Below, piece after piece: positions 13,526 to 26,944 of a stretch of 64,000 nucleotides of DNA. The notes under the pieces are model-generated. The model was not told where the DNA came from. It worked only from the letters and a program-made list of their open reading frames with translations, and did no database searches. Source of the DNA: the human T2T-CHM13v2.0 reference genome, Homo sapiens; assembly GCF_009914755.1 (NCBI RefSeq), contig NC_060927.1. One strand, written 5' to 3'. Within the stretch, counting starts at the first letter, position 1; every line of letters begins with the position of its first letter. The position numbers were made by a program, and so were the translations under genes.

Positions 13526-15200
13526 GCATCTTCTGAATGCAGTGCCACTTTTCATAGGCTGTATTAGTCTCCTCCAGGCCAATACATCATCTTTATATCC
13601 ACACCCACTATGGCTACTCTACCTGGCACACCATGAATTTTAATGCGTACATTTCTTGCTTGGATTGAATTTGTTCTTTGGGCTAGAGTATGTTTATTAG
13701 TTATTCTATTTTCCTTATAGAAAAGAGAGTACTTTACCACCATATTTTTACAGTCCAGGAAAAAAAACAACAAAGCAAAACAACAATCACCACAAGAAGA
13801 AACTCACATTTCCTCAAAAAAGAATGCAATGACATCTAAGCTTCAGTTACACTTCTAGCTATGCTGTGAGCAGCCGCATCAGGGCCCAAGTCCTCTTGCT
13901 GATTGAGAGCATATTTGGAGTTTCCCCCATTGTTCCTGGCAACTCTGCTCCTGTGCAGCAAGCAGGATATTCAATTTGACAAGGTTCTTTCTTTCTGGAT
14001 CAGAGAGGGAGTAAGGTTCTTGTCAGTTTGAATCATGAGCCCACACTTGGTAGAGCCGAGTGGACAGGCACAGTGGGGGAAGGTGCCATGTGCACACTAT
14101 CCTGGCCCCGTTATGTGGGCCTCTTTCCCCATCTCCCAAATAACTCAACTGGATTCAAGTTATCCTTCTCTGAGAGGGCCTCTTTCCTACTAGGCCAGTT
14201 AATTTGCTTCTGACACTGAATCTCCTTGTTGTCAAGCTTCTAAAATTTTACTTTAAGTCTTCATCTCTTTATGCACATTTTTTTTTCCAGAGCTGCAGCC
14301 GAGAATATCCAATCCTGCAATTCTCAAGGTTTTAATGTTTTAAAATACATTTCTGAGGATGAAAATTCCTTTTTAGGAGTCCACATCAAAGGGCTTTTGG
14401 AAGCCATCAAAGAAAACTGAAAATCTAGTATATGTTGTCCTAAAAGTAATTTGTGTTTATTTTTTTTCTTAACTGAGCATTAAAAGAATGACAAATAGAA
14501 TTAATAAAAAATGAAGTTTGGAAATTCTGCTTATGTAATAAAGAAAACAAAAGCATTTTATCATTTCATCTCTTCATCCCTAAGAGTTCACACTTCAGAT
14601 GTTTTTTTTTTCTTAAGAAGAAAAAAGAACAACTTTTTATTGATTCAGGATCCTAACAGATGTCTGAAAAGTAAATAATCTGGCCCCATTACTTTCATAG
14701 GCATTGAGAACAATTTTTAAAATTATTTTTATACAAACATGAAGTTTTATCCATTGCTGTTTTTGTTTATTTTATGATGAAATAGCAGTAAAGATTTTTG
14801 GAATATGTATAACTCTTTCTTTAGAATATTTTTACAGCAACAGATTCTTATCACTAGCCTTTTGTGATGTAATTATAGGATTTTATGATGCTGCCTATTC
14901 AATCAACTTGCCAAGAATATCAACAAACCGGATAATTAAGAGAAGGAGAAAAAGAAAATGACTAATAATGTTAAATTTAGTCAAAACAGTTATCCTGGGC
15001 TTTCAACAATCTTTTTCAATAATGTTTCAGCTGAATTTAAAATTCAAATAATAAATGCAACACTTTGCATAACAAACTGAATTTTTTGTCTAGTTACCTA
15101 AATAGCAAACTACACTTCACTATACTTTTACATGTACATCTAGATTTTAGACTGCATTTAGAATTTCTATCATTCTCTGGGGTTGTTGATGATAAGTTGC

Positions 15201-15201
15201 T

Positions 15202-15232
<31 letters not shown>

Positions 15233-15236
15233 TTTT
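15201..15236. repeat. (TTTA)n microsatellite
   Basis: Eight TTTA units read directly. Confidence 0.9.
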
Positions 15237-17869
15237 TGTTTCCATGTCTTAGTTACATCTGCTGGCTTCCTTTACCAGAAAGTTAATACAGGCAATGAAT
15301 TATTATTATTCTATTACTGACTTAGCCGCCTTTGGGATGTAGCTCTTTCCCACAGGGTTACCATTATGAATTACTCTAGTATATTAAATCATGATTGTTA
15401 TCAATGAATGATAACTATTTTTGAGTATTTACCTAAATACAGTGGCACCTAATTAGGCCCTGTAATACTGGACATATTTTTAGTTATAGTTCCTGCCCCA
15501 AAATATTTTACAGTCTGTAAAACCAGTAATATAGACCAGCATCTAGGTTAGTGGTTATTCACAAAATTTGGAAAAGAACTCAAATATGTATATGTTTGTA
15601 TATGCATTTTATCAGTTAAAGTTGAAGCTACTTAGTACTTAGGATAAAGGTGAGTTGAGATCTGAGTCAAAAGAAAAGATTCAGAGTATTCAAGCCTAGA
15701 TTAAAGTGCAAAGTGGAAAAATTTAGAGGGTGGGAATTTGGGGCCTTCAGGGTAGTAAAGATTGCTTCTCATGTAAACAGATGTGCAGGGAAGTTGTTAT
15801 TAAATTATTTAGGGTTGAGGCGGTATCTATATCCAGCAGATGGATGAAGCTTTCATATTAATTATGACAAGAATGTATTGCTTAAAGCCTATATGGGTCA
15901 CTAATGCCAGAGTATGTAGTCTGAGGATTTGATAATCTTTCTGCGGCAGTCTCACCCTTTCAGCTTTTAAAAAAAGAACGAGAAAGGAAACTTATGGCAG
16001 ATTCCTTTATGTCGCTATCATTTGGCACTACTGGAAATATGTTAGGAGGCAGAGACTACTAGCTTAGCAGGATCTTGAAGAGGCCCCACCTCATTGAATG
16101 GTAACAGTATGGCCAGGTGCAGGTGAGGGAGGCAGTGATGGGAAAGTGAGGGAGAGTCACTGAAATCTCATTTCCAATTCAGTTAATAGATTTCCCAAAT
16201 GCAAATAATGTTGATGTAACACAAAGCAAAGTTTGGCTAAAAGTTTGATTTGACTTTCTTTCTGGTCGGTTTGTTTAGTTAAAAATGTAGCAATGTATTC
16301 TCATAAAAAATGTAAAATAAATGTTAAAATAGTTCAGAGATGATCAAATGAGCAGTTTGCAGTGGAGGTAATAAGCCATACCTTAAAATGGAATGTAAAA
16401 TCACCTGTAGAAGGCTAGACTTTGAACTTACTGAGCATGTAACATGTGTTATAAGTTAGTGGTTTTGTGATTTTTGATTTATGCCACTGTACATAATAGA
16501 GCATTGTTTGATTGACCTCACTAAGTGGCTTGGCATTAAACCAGAACTGTCATCTAGAGGGGAGAAAGGCAACTCCAATTTCATCTAAATAAGCTCATAT
16601 TAAATGAAGGAAAAGCAAATGTGACACAGCTGCTGTAGACTTGTGAAGTTAAAATGCTTACAAATATTTTATGTCTGCAATATAAGACTGCTTACTAATG
16701 GGAGAATCTTATTTGTGCCAGATTGCCTTTGATATAAGTTGGTAATAAAAATGCTATAGGGTTAGTATTTATAACCTCTATAGGTTATAATATCATGCTT
16801 CCTGTGTTATTACTTTCACAGACACTAAGAAAGATCTATATGATGTTGTCACTTTCCTTAAATAGCATGTACAACATGTGCACACTCAACTAGGATTTTG
16901 ATCAGTAGTTTGTAGAACTTGTTTCATATCTTGGAAGTAATACTTTACATAAACATATTCTCAATTTCTGAAAAGATTGTGATATGTGCATGGGATCATG
17001 CCATTTTCCACTGCTATACAAATGTGATATATGTAAAATTAACAATTGTCATGTTTTAGTCAATACCACACAGTATTAATGTTTTTAGAGGGAGAGAAAG
17101 AATACAGATGAGTTAAAGAATATAATACATGGTTAAATTTTGAGATTGTTAAAGTAAGACACTTTGTTTACTATACAACATTAAGGAATTTCCTCCTGGG
17201 AAATGAAAATGAAACATTACTGATGCATTTGAAGCAAAAACTTAGCTACTAAAGAGAATGCTGAAATTCCTATCATTTCAATCTGCATTGGTAGTTAGGA
17301 AATATAAGAATGATATGAAGAAAAATAATTCCAACAGTATTGCAGATCACAGGCAAAGGGAAGATTATTGTGACATATTGGTTTTGAAATCAACATAGGA
17401 TTGTAAGTGTGATTCCTTAATGAATATAATGAATATTACTGTAGGAGACATACATGTATAGATGCTTGCAATGTCAATCCAGTCATACCGAAAATTCCTA
17501 TGAAAGAGTGATATCAACTTTGAATTTGAATTACTCCTTTTTAACTCATCTTAGCCAACTGATTAATCTGTTCACTATGAATTGGGTATATTTCTAAAGG
17601 TAAATGCCACAGAGTAAGTTGAAGCTAATGCCAGGTTTGATTGCAAACCCGGGAAGATATTTTTAAGCAGCTGTTGTCATATGGCATTGCTTCAACCACA
17701 CTACATATGCAGCTATTACTCCTCCATGCGGGGTGGCACATGAGAAAATGTTCTGTAAACTTTCGAGAGAAATAAATGAGATTTTATCCTATCTCATATT
17801 TGGGGATAAACCCAATAATTAAATAGAAAGTGATATTATTTTAGGTCAGATAGGCAAATCTTGAGATAG

Positions 17870-18470
17870 GATGATAGGCAGAATTCCAAGATGGTCTCCA
17901 AGAGTCCTGCTTTCTCATGTACACGTCCTGCATAATCTTCTCTTCTTTAGTATGAGTGGTACCTGTGAATATCATAGAATATTACAGCCATTATTTTGTT
18001 ACGTGGTTTGGAAAGAGTGGAGTAATTGCACAGGTGTAATTAGGGTCTTTAATCAGTTGATTTTGAATTAATCAAAAGATTAATTAAAATCATTTGGCCT
18101 TAACTAACCAAATGAACCATTTCAAAGAGGATCTAGAGGAAAGAGACAAGAAGTTGCAGAAGACTCCCTCTTGTTGGCCTTCGAGAAGCAAATTGCCATG
18201 GTGTGGAGAGGGCCATCTGGCCAGGAAGGGGTCTCAGTCCTCACAGTGGCAAGAAACTAAATTCTGCCAATAACCAGGAAGAGGACTGCAAGATAACAGG
18301 GAGTTGTACCTCTAGCCAACACCTTAATTTAAGCCTTAGGAGACAGGAACCCAGCTAGGCTATATGCTTAGACTCCTGACCCACAGGAAGTGTGGGATAA
18401 ATAATAGGGAATAAATGTGTGTGTTTTAAGCTTCTAAGTTTAGAGTACAAACTAGTTACACAGTCAATAC
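17870..18470 (+). mobile_element. MLT1E-family MaLR solo LTR
   Basis: GGCAGAATTCCAAGATGG start; AATCAGTTGATTTTGAATTAATCAAAAG; AAATTCTGCCAATAACC; GACTCCTGACCCACAG...AATAAATGTGTGTGTTTTAAGC. Confidence 0.8.
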
Positions 18471-19417
18471 AGTTAGTCTACCATTTGCTTTATCAAGGCT
18501 TAGTTGCTCTTACTCCCAGGAAATGTCTCTTACTGAAAATTGAAGTTCATGGCCTTCAATTTTGTGTTCTAAAGACATAGAGATTAGATGGAAAATCCCC
18601 TATATGTAATAACTTAGTAACTTATCCCTCAACTCTCTATACATCAAAAAATCTAGATTCTTTTAACATTCACATGTAAACTTTTAAGCTCTACATTGTT
18701 TTAAAATTTCTACTTATATATTTTAAGTTCTTACAATGTTTTCTTCTGAATGCAGTTCAGTTTTCTCACATATACTGTGTTAACTTAAACTGATTCAAAA
18801 TCCAATAAAGAATTTACCACTGATAATAGAATAGAGACATTAGTACTTGCCTTTCTATAACCTGTCTTTATATGTTATGTGTAGAAGAATACCCCACTAA
18901 TCTGGCTTTTTTGTCCATTTGTTTATTTGTTACTATTTTAAAATACCAGCTGGAAATTGTTGATTCAAGTTCAATTTGGATGTCCATTCTGACTCATTTC
19001 TCCTCTCTGTGTCATTGAAGCTATAATAGATCTTTTGTAATTTTTAACTCTGCAGTTTGTTTTGGAACCAATAGAACTACGTAAGCATAGACAGCTTGTT
19101 GTTTTGTTTGGTTTGATTGTGGTAAAATGTAATGCAAAATTTACTCTTCTAGCGATTTCTAAATGTACAGTTCAATAGTGTTAAGTGCATTCATATTGTT
19201 GTATAACCAGAACTTTTTCATCTTACAAAACTGAAACTCTATGCTAATTAAACAACTCCACATTTTTCCCTACTCCAAGCCCCTGGCAACCAACACTCTG
19301 CTTTAGGTTTCTATGAATTTAACCACTCTAAATATCATGTATAAATGGAATCATACAGTTCTTATCTTTTTTGTGACTGGCTTATTTCATTTGACATATG
19401 TCCTGAAGTTTCATCCA

Positions 19418-19640
19418 TGTATTTAGTCAAGGTTCTCCAGAGAAACAGAACAAAAAGTATGTATGTATAGTATATAGAAAGAAATTTAGCTAAAGGCATT
19501 TAAGAAATTTAGCTAAAGGCTCATGCAATTATGGAGAATGGTTAAGTCCAAATCTGCAGAGTGGGACAGGTAGGCTAAAGGTAGGGAATAGCCAATGTTG
19601 CAGTTCAAATTTGAAGGCTGTCTGCTGGCATAATTTTCTC
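19418..19640 (-). mobile_element. MLT2-family (ERVL) LTR, partial
   Basis: TGTATTTAGTCAAGGTTCTCCAGAGAAACAGAAC...GGCTCATGCAATTATGGAG...AAGTCCAAATCTGCAG. Confidence 0.82.
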
Positions 19641-20202
19641 CCTTTATAAGGCTAAATTATAATCTAGTGTATGCATATAAAACATTTTGTTTATTCATTC
19701 ATCAGTTGATGACACTTGGGTTGTTTTTACCTATTGTCTATTGTGAATAGTGCTGCTATGAACACGGGTGTGCAAATTTATTGAGATTCTGCTTTCAATT
19801 ATTTTTGGATACATACTCAGAAGTGAATTTTTTGGATCATATAGTAGTTTTATTTTAAATTAAAACGATCATACTGTTTTCCATAGTGGCTGCATCATTT
19901 TACATTGCCACCCAGAGTGCACAAAAATTCCTATTTCTCTACATTCTCAACACTTGTTATGTTCCATTTTGTTTTGGTTTTCAAATACAGCCATCTTAAT
20001 GAGTGCTAGGTTATATCTTATAATGGTTTGATTTGTATTTCTCTAATGATTGGTGATGTTGAGCATCATTTCACGTGCTTATTGGCCATTTGTTTGTCCT
20101 CTGGAGGAATTCAATGTCCCTTGCCAATTTTTAAAATAAATGCATTGGGGGGGGTTTCATTGTTGAGTTGTAGGAGTTGATATATTCTGGATATTAACCT
20201 TT

Positions 20203-20548
20203 TGCTGTGAACTGTGAACTGATTAATTTTGCCTTCCCAAAATTCATATGGTGAAGCCCTAATTCCTAATGTGACAGTATTTGGATGTGGGGCCTGTGGG
20301 AGGTCAATAGGTCATGAAGATGGAGCCTTCATGAATGAGATTATTGTCTTTATAAAAAAAAAGAAGAGAGAGATGGTGTCTTTCCCATGTGAGGATATAG
20401 CAAACTAGGAAGACCCTTTCCAGAAATGGAATGGGCCAGCACCTCAGTCTTAGATTTCTCAGTCCCCAGAACTGTGAGAAATAAATTTCTGTTGTTTAAA
20501 CTACCTAGTTCATGGTATTTGTTATGGCAACCCAAGCTGACAAAGATA
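20203..20548 (+). mobile_element. MLT1A-family MaLR solo LTR inside the L1MB
   Basis: CCCAAAATTCATATG, AGAACTGTGAGAAATAAATTTCTGTTGTTTAA; CCTTT on both flanks; L1 sequence resumes in register. Confidence 0.88.
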
Positions 20549-21980
20549 GCCTTTATCAGATATGTGATTTGTAAATATTTTCTCCCATTCTGCAGGTTGA
20601 CTTTTCACTCTGTTGATTGTTTCTTTCGATGTTTTTAAGTTTCATGTAGTCCCATTTGTCCGTTTGCTTTTGTTGCTTGGGCTTTTGGTGCCATATCCAA
20701 GTAATCTTTGGCAAATCTGATGTTACAAACTCTTTTCCTCATGTTTTCTTCTAAGAGTTTTATAGTTTTGGGTCTTACATTTAGGTCTGATCCACTTTAA
20801 GTTTGTTTTTGTATATGGTGTAAGGTAGGAGGCCAACTTTATTCTTTCACAGGTGGATATCCAGTTTTCCTAGTAGCATTTGTTGAAGAGACTGTTCTTT
20901 TTCCCATTGAATGGGTTTAGCACCCTTGTTGAAAATAATTTGACTATATATGTAAGTTTATTTTGAAACTCTCTCTCTATTTGGTTTCATTAGTCTCTAT
21001 GTCTGTTGTTATGCTGATACCACAATGGTTTGATTAGCGTAGGTTTGTAATAAGTTTTGAAATTGAGAAGTGTGAGTTCTCTAACCTGTTCTTCTTTGTC
21101 AAGATTATTTTGCCTATTCAGGGTCCCTTGAGATTTCATATGAATTTTAGGATGCATTTTTCTATTTCTGCAACAAAACATCATTGTGATTTTGTTAGTT
21201 AGTGCATTAAATCTGTAAATCACTTTGAATAATATTGATATCATAATATTAAGTCTTCTAATCTACAAACACAGATGTATTTTTATTTATTTGTATCCTC
21301 TTTAATTTCTTTCAGCAATGTTTTGTGGTTTTCTGTGTGCAAGTCTTTTGCCTTTTTGGTTAAGTTTATCCCTAGGTATTATATTCTCTTTGGTGCTATT
21401 ATAAACTAAATGCTTTTCTTAATTGCTTTTTGAATTGTCCATTGTCAGTATATAGAAACACAACTGATTTTCACTTGTTAATGTTGTATCCTGCAACTTT
21501 GCTGAATCCATTTATTAGTTCAGTTTTTAGTGAGTAATTATTATAGGGTTTTCTACAGGTAAGATCATTTTCTTTCCTGTGGAACCACAGCTTCTATAGT
21601 CAGGGGTCCATCATCAGATGCTATATTTACTGCCAGGCATATACTTCCTCTTATCTGGGTGAAAGAAATGAACTTGAAGTACCATACCTGCTGATACCTG
21701 TTGATCCATATCCCATCTATGTATACAAATGAGAGAAAGAAAAAATAGCACCAAGATATAAATAGGGAAAAACTAATCTGAATGGAAGAGAGTTTGTATG
21801 GGAAACAAGAAAATATTACAATAGGTATAATTAGTATCCTCATGGATATTTTAAATACTATTACGTCCATTAAAACAATTCAACAGCTAAAATAGGCAGT
21901 ACTGAAAAAAATCCCTGGAAGTTAAACTTAATCTCTATGTGTCACTTCATTATTTCATTTATAAGCTGATTCTCCTAACC

Positions 21981-22167
21981 CAGTAGTTCTCACAGTGTGG
22001 TCCCCAGATCTGCAGCATTAGTGTCACCTGAGAACTTGCTAGAAGTGCAAATTCTTGAGGCCCAACACAGACTTACAGAATTAGAAACTTCGAGTATGGT
22101 GTCCAGTAGTCTGTTTTATTGAGCTCTGCAGTTGAGTCTGATGCATGCTAAAGTTTGAGAACTACTG
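21981..22167 (+). mobile_element. MER5A hAT-Charlie MITE, full length
   Basis: TIRs CAGTAGTTCTCA / TGAGAACTACTG; internal GTGTGGTCCCC, TCACCTGAGAACTTG, CTGATGCATGCTAAAGTTTG. Confidence 0.88.
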
Positions 22168-22317
22168 CTTGACTGCACACTGGAATCACCTAAGGAACTA
22201 AAAAACATACTGGTGCCTGGCAATTCTGATTTACTGGACTTGGGGCACAACTTGGGCACTGAGAGTTTAAAAAGTGCGCATGCCATTCTAATGTGCAATT
22301 AAATATGAGAACCAATA
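22168..22317. mobile_element. MER5B-like MITE
   Basis: CTGCACACTGGAATCACCT...ATTCTAATGTGCA...TGAGAACCA. Confidence 0.7.
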
Positions 22318-22360
22318 ATCTATATCTACAAGGCATTTTGATCCTTCTCCAGATACAAAG

Positions 22361-22527
22361 CAGTGGTTTTCAAACTTGTCTGTTCATTGGACTCACTTGG
22401 GGAGCTTCGCAAACACTGATATATGTAATATCCCCAACGATTTCAATTTAATTGGTCTGGGGTATGGCCTGATCTTTAAAAAGCAAAAACATAATTTTGA
22501 TGTGTAGACAAGTTTAGGAAACACTTG
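22361..22527. mobile_element. MER5B/MER5A1-like MITE
   Basis: CAGTGGTTTTCAAACTTG...TCACTTGGGGAGCTT...TTTAATTGGTCTGGGG. Confidence 0.7.
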
Positions 22528-22737
22528 GTTAAAGACTAAATTTGTAGTTCTAAAGGTAAATTCCTAGTTCTAAGAAGTAAATTCCTAGACCTAAAACAGA
22601 CACAAAATTTATAAGCGTCATAAAGACTAACTAGATGTATGAGTATAACTAAAGTAAGATTTAGCTGCCTCCCAACATCTCTACACAAAATGGAGATTTT
22701 AAAACATGGTCCATAGCCCAAGGTAAGATAAAGTGAG

Positions 22738-22961
22738 CACTGTTTTTCAAGCTTGGCAGCACATTAGAACTCTACAGGAGCTTTTAGAAATTTCTCATGC
22801 CCAGGCCTTTCCCTAGACCAATTAAATCAGAACCTCTGGGTGTAACTGAGGTGTATTAGAATTGTTTAAATTAAATCAGAACATTGCAAAGCAATCAAGA
22901 GTTTAGTATGATGTAAATCTCCCCAGAAAGTTTCAAAGGGCATCTGAGGTTGAGAACCATG
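22738..22961. mobile_element. MER5B-like MITE with internal partial duplication
   Basis: GCAGCACATTAGAA...AGACCAATTAAATCAGAACCTCTGGG...GGTTGAGAACCA; AATTAAATCAGAAC occurs twice. Confidence 0.72.
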
Positions 22962-23326
22962 GGTTAGAGTGTATCATTACTTCAGGTGAGAAAGAGACTT
23001 ACTAATTTCAGCTTTCTTATAGGTCATGAACAAGCTAGACACGCCTTGTGTGCTCAGGGGAGGAGTAACATCACCAGTACAGGTAATGACATTGGCACCA
23101 ACTAATATCACAGACTACTTTGCAGAGGAACATGAGACCTTTTCTAATATGTAGCTATCCAGTACATTTTTGGCCCTTATTGTGAGTGACTTGGCATTTG
23201 GTCACTGGATGTCCCCTGCACAAGTTATTAACAGTTTTTTTAATATTATGTCATTACTAACAGTAAAACATTTGAGCTTAATTCAGACTGCTGCAGTTAA
23301 ACTAAGTGGCAATAGTTAAGTTAGTG

Positions 23327-23561
23327 CAGTGATTTTCAACCAGTGATGATTTTGTTCACGATGGAATATTTTGTCTATGTCTGGAGACATTTAGATTGTC
23401 ACGACTGCAGATGACTGGAGTGAGGGAGGTCTCCTACTTATCTAGCGGGTAAAAAGTTTAAGGATGATTCTAAACATCCTATAATGCACAGGGAAGCTCA
23501 CCACCCCAACAAAGAATTATTGCATCTAAAATGTCAATAATGCTGAGGGTGAGAAGACCTG
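23327..23561 (+). mobile_element. MER20 hAT-Charlie MITE, full length
   Basis: CAGTGATTTTCAACC...TGTCTGGAGACATTT...CTAAACATCCTATAATGCACAGG...AAAATGTCAATAATGCTGAGG. Confidence 0.88.
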
Positions 23562-24089
23562 CTTTTGTGTAAAGGTGGCAGGCTTCAATAATTTTAGAAG
23601 ATAAAGTAGATAAAAGGTAGAAAGTCCATTACTAAGAAGAATTTTGCTGGGGAAGAGTCCAGAGAATCTCCAGAACCTCTTGATAAAATCAAATACTTTA
23701 AAGACCATAACTTCATCTTAAGAATAGAAAAAAACCCAGCCAGGTAGTGATTTTGAATTGACAAATAACTTATCACAGCATTTAATTAAATTTTGCTCCT
23801 GTGCTTATCAAAGGAAATTTGAATTTGCAATGTGAAACTGGCAATATAACCACTTATTTGCAAATGTATTTAGACCAACCAAAAAATCACCTAGAGGATT
23901 GGTTACTGCCATACTTTTGCTCCCTCATCCCTGTGTTCCTTTCTCTGTCTTCTGTCCAGGCTAGCTCAGCTTTATTTATTTGAGTGACAGTTGAAGAATT
24001 AAATTTTCTAGTAAGCCTTGCTTGGCCTAAGACCACCATGCTAAGAACAGATGTCCATAATACTCTGTGTAGATTTCTATCATAATATT

Positions 24090-24230
24090 CACATAAATAA
24101 ATGATTATTTTAAAATGTGCATCTGACTCCTCCAATAAGCTGTATTTCTTGAAGGTAGAGAGTTTGCTCTGTAGCTCCAGGACCCAAAAAACCCTATCAG
24201 ATTTTTGTTAAATGAACAAATGAATGATGG
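24090..24230 (+). mobile_element. L2 3'-end fragment
   Basis: TTCTTGAAGGTAGAGA...TTTGTTAAATGAACAAATGAATGA. Confidence 0.45.
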
Positions 24231-26193
24231 TACATTGCATGTATAAATAAATGATGGCACATTAGTTGTTCCTTATTAGGAAAGCAATTATTTTGGATTA
24301 ACTCTTAGGTAAGAAACATAGAGCTATCATATCAACACAGTTTTGAAGTCCATTCAACCACAAAAGTTCACATTTGTACTAACAATCATGTATCAGTATT
24401 ACTTCTTGCCCCTCCTAGTCATTTTCAACCCTCAACTTTAGAGCTTAAGGTCATTCACCACAAACAGTAATGTATTTCTTCTTCCTCACATAAAATACTG
24501 TGTAAATCTAACTAAAAGCAAAAAGCTGTAGTTTGATGTGTTTTCAAGCTCACTATTTAAAATAATTTTTCATTAAAATTACATTTTGATTCTCTAAAAA
24601 TATGTTGCAGAGAAAAAAGACAGCTTGAATCTTTGACTTTCTAACAATGTGCTTTGCAACTTCTTCTAGCTATATCTACCAAACTCCAAGTTATAGGCAC
24701 TTGTAAGATTTTAAAAAATCATTTGTGCCTATTCATTTTGATTAAAGAAATTGGAAGAAAAAAGAAAGTGAGCCCTTCCAGAAAGAGTTGCAGAAAGTGT
24801 CACTACCATTTCTCTACCACCAAATTTAGCCATCAATTTAATTGCAGAGATTTAATTGTTCTCATGAGATTTTCACAGTGACTGCTTCATTGACCATCTT
24901 GTTCTACAAGGAAAATATAGATATAGATTTTAAACTTCCATATGTTATTTTTGGGGAAAGATCAGCATTGAGAGAGAAAGCAAATACTTTAGTTCAAAAT
25001 ATGAATTCATGAGAGTTTTAGAGAATCGTCACTGAAAATCTAAGAATACTTTCCATTTTCCCAGTATCTGACAGCTAAAGATTGCAATGCACCATTTAAG
25101 GCATATCAGAATCAGCAACTAGCCAACAAACCTCTAATAAAACCTTCTTTCTCTTCACTTATATTTAACAAAAATAGAAAGACCATTGAAATGCAGACTA
25201 AAGGAAAAACAACACTATAAACTAAGTCTGACTCACTAAGAACTTTTTATGTCTTCTCTGGTGCTGGATCTCAAATTTATGTAATTTTGCTGCATTTCTG
25301 TGAATTCTCTTCCTGTTGTGCCAAGATAATTTTATACCGAGGAGACGGAAGGGAGTTTTGTATTTTGGAGCAGAGAGACTGGAGTCCTATGTATATACTT
25401 TAACATTGCTACTAATTTGTACTGTACAATTAACATCTACATAACATTCTATTCTCTGCTCCCCAAAAATCATCACCAGATACTGGTTAATTCCAAGTAA
25501 AAGTCCTTAAATCTTATTTTATCTCATTATGCCCACCGTAGCTATATTTATGTGTGTGTATAAATATACATACTCAAGTGTATTGTTCTGAGGCAAAGTT
25601 TAGTGGTTCTAGAAACCACTAATTGTGTAATGTGATAGATATCATAGTACGAAAAATATAAGATGCATTTTTCAAAGTTATATATATATTTACACACACA
25701 CATACACATCTGGGAATGTGCTTACTGGATATGGAAAAGTGGAAAGAATGAAGGCTTAGTTGGGAGTAACATTTGTCCAGGACACACAGGCATGAGGAAA
25801 TACAAAAGTACACATATTAACCCCCTCCCCATAATGTAGGTGGATCAAACCTATAAACTAGGATGTTGAAGTAGAGTATGTAGATAATTTCTTATTTCTA
25901 CAAAATTTTAGGATTCCATGTGTACTTTGAAAGTACACACATATTCACCAAATTTTTCACTTGATGGTGAAAGCTGGAATCTATGTCACTTTGGTCCTCC
26001 CAAAGGGTGTTCAGATTGGATTAAACATAGAATCAGCATCCTAGTCTTTTTCTTTTATCTCACCACTTGACAGTCTTTCTTCAAGTTCTCTATGAATTAT
26101 CTGTTGAACCATTAGAGAGTCTGTTCAGAGGTTTAATAAGGGAAGAAAATTGTAGAGGCTATTTTACAAAGGAAGGATATTAAAAGCCAGTGA

Positions 26194-26572
26194 TACCATA
26201 GAATATTACCCAACCATAAAATAGAACAAAATCATATTCTTTGCAGCAACATGGATGGAGTTGCAGAACATTATCTTAAGCAAATTAACATTGATTGGAA
26301 CAGAAAACCAAATACTGCATGTTCTCACTTATAAGTGGGAGCTAAACGTTGATTACACATGGGTACAAAGAAGGGAACAGTAGACTCTGGGGCCTAGTTG
26401 AGGGTGAAGGGTGGGAGGAGGGTGAGGATTTAAAAACTGTCTACTGGGTAGGCTTATTACTTGGGTGAGAAAAATATCTGTACATTAAACCTCCACCACG
26501 CGAAATTTACCCATATAACAAACCAGCATATATACCCCCTTGAACCTAAAATAAAATTTGGAAAGAAAAAAT
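26194..26572 (+). mobile_element. L1PA15/16-like 3' end, heavily 5'-truncated
   Basis: TTTGCAGCAACATGGATGGAG, CATGTTCTCACTTATAAGTGGGAGCTAAAC, GAACCTAAAATAAAA plus A tail. Confidence 0.9.
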
Positions 26573-26944
26573 ACGCAATTGATTTTTCTATTTTTTAGAA
26601 AAGCTAGTGATGAAAGTTGCTTTATCTCTTTCCAAGAGCAGTACCAACAAATAACAATGTATTCTTCCAATTTACTAATTAGTAGCAAGCTTATATTAAA
26701 ACATTTAATTACTTAAAATTATTTCATAGATACATATGCTTCATGAATGGAATAACTTGTCTAATCATTTTGATATTCATTCTAGCACTTAATGCTGTCC
26801 TGCATACAAAGTAGAAGTCAAGAAATATTGTTAGTCCATGGAAAAATGTTACCCCATGAAAGGTTTTCTGGAAAACAAAGTAGCAGCTGCTAGATGTATT
26901 ACTTTTAAATTGTAATTCTGGATTTTACCATATAAATGATATAA

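Larger units (their letters stand above)
19100..21572 (-). mobile_element. L1MB-like LINE-1 3' portion, interrupted by two LTRs
   Basis: L1MB 3' UTR (TTGTGGTAAAAT...AAAACTGAAACTCTAT...CCCCTGGCAACC); ORF2 remnant 20990-21244 (KVIYRFNAL...FKTYYK...LWYQH). Confidence 0.88.

Noticed and set aside
16432-16882. Paired CATG motifs resembling p53 half-sites (GAGCATGTAACATGTG; TAGCATGTACAACATGTGC)
   Set aside because: Spacing is wrong for two RRRCWWGYYY decamers and there are several mismatches
22546-22590. Short tandem duplications (also near 24220-24262, 30570-30610, 53081-53100 and 56825-56840) and a 9-bp stem at 16769-16790
   Set aside because: Two or three short copies from ordinary slippage or chance; no repeat-spacer regularity, so not CRISPR-like
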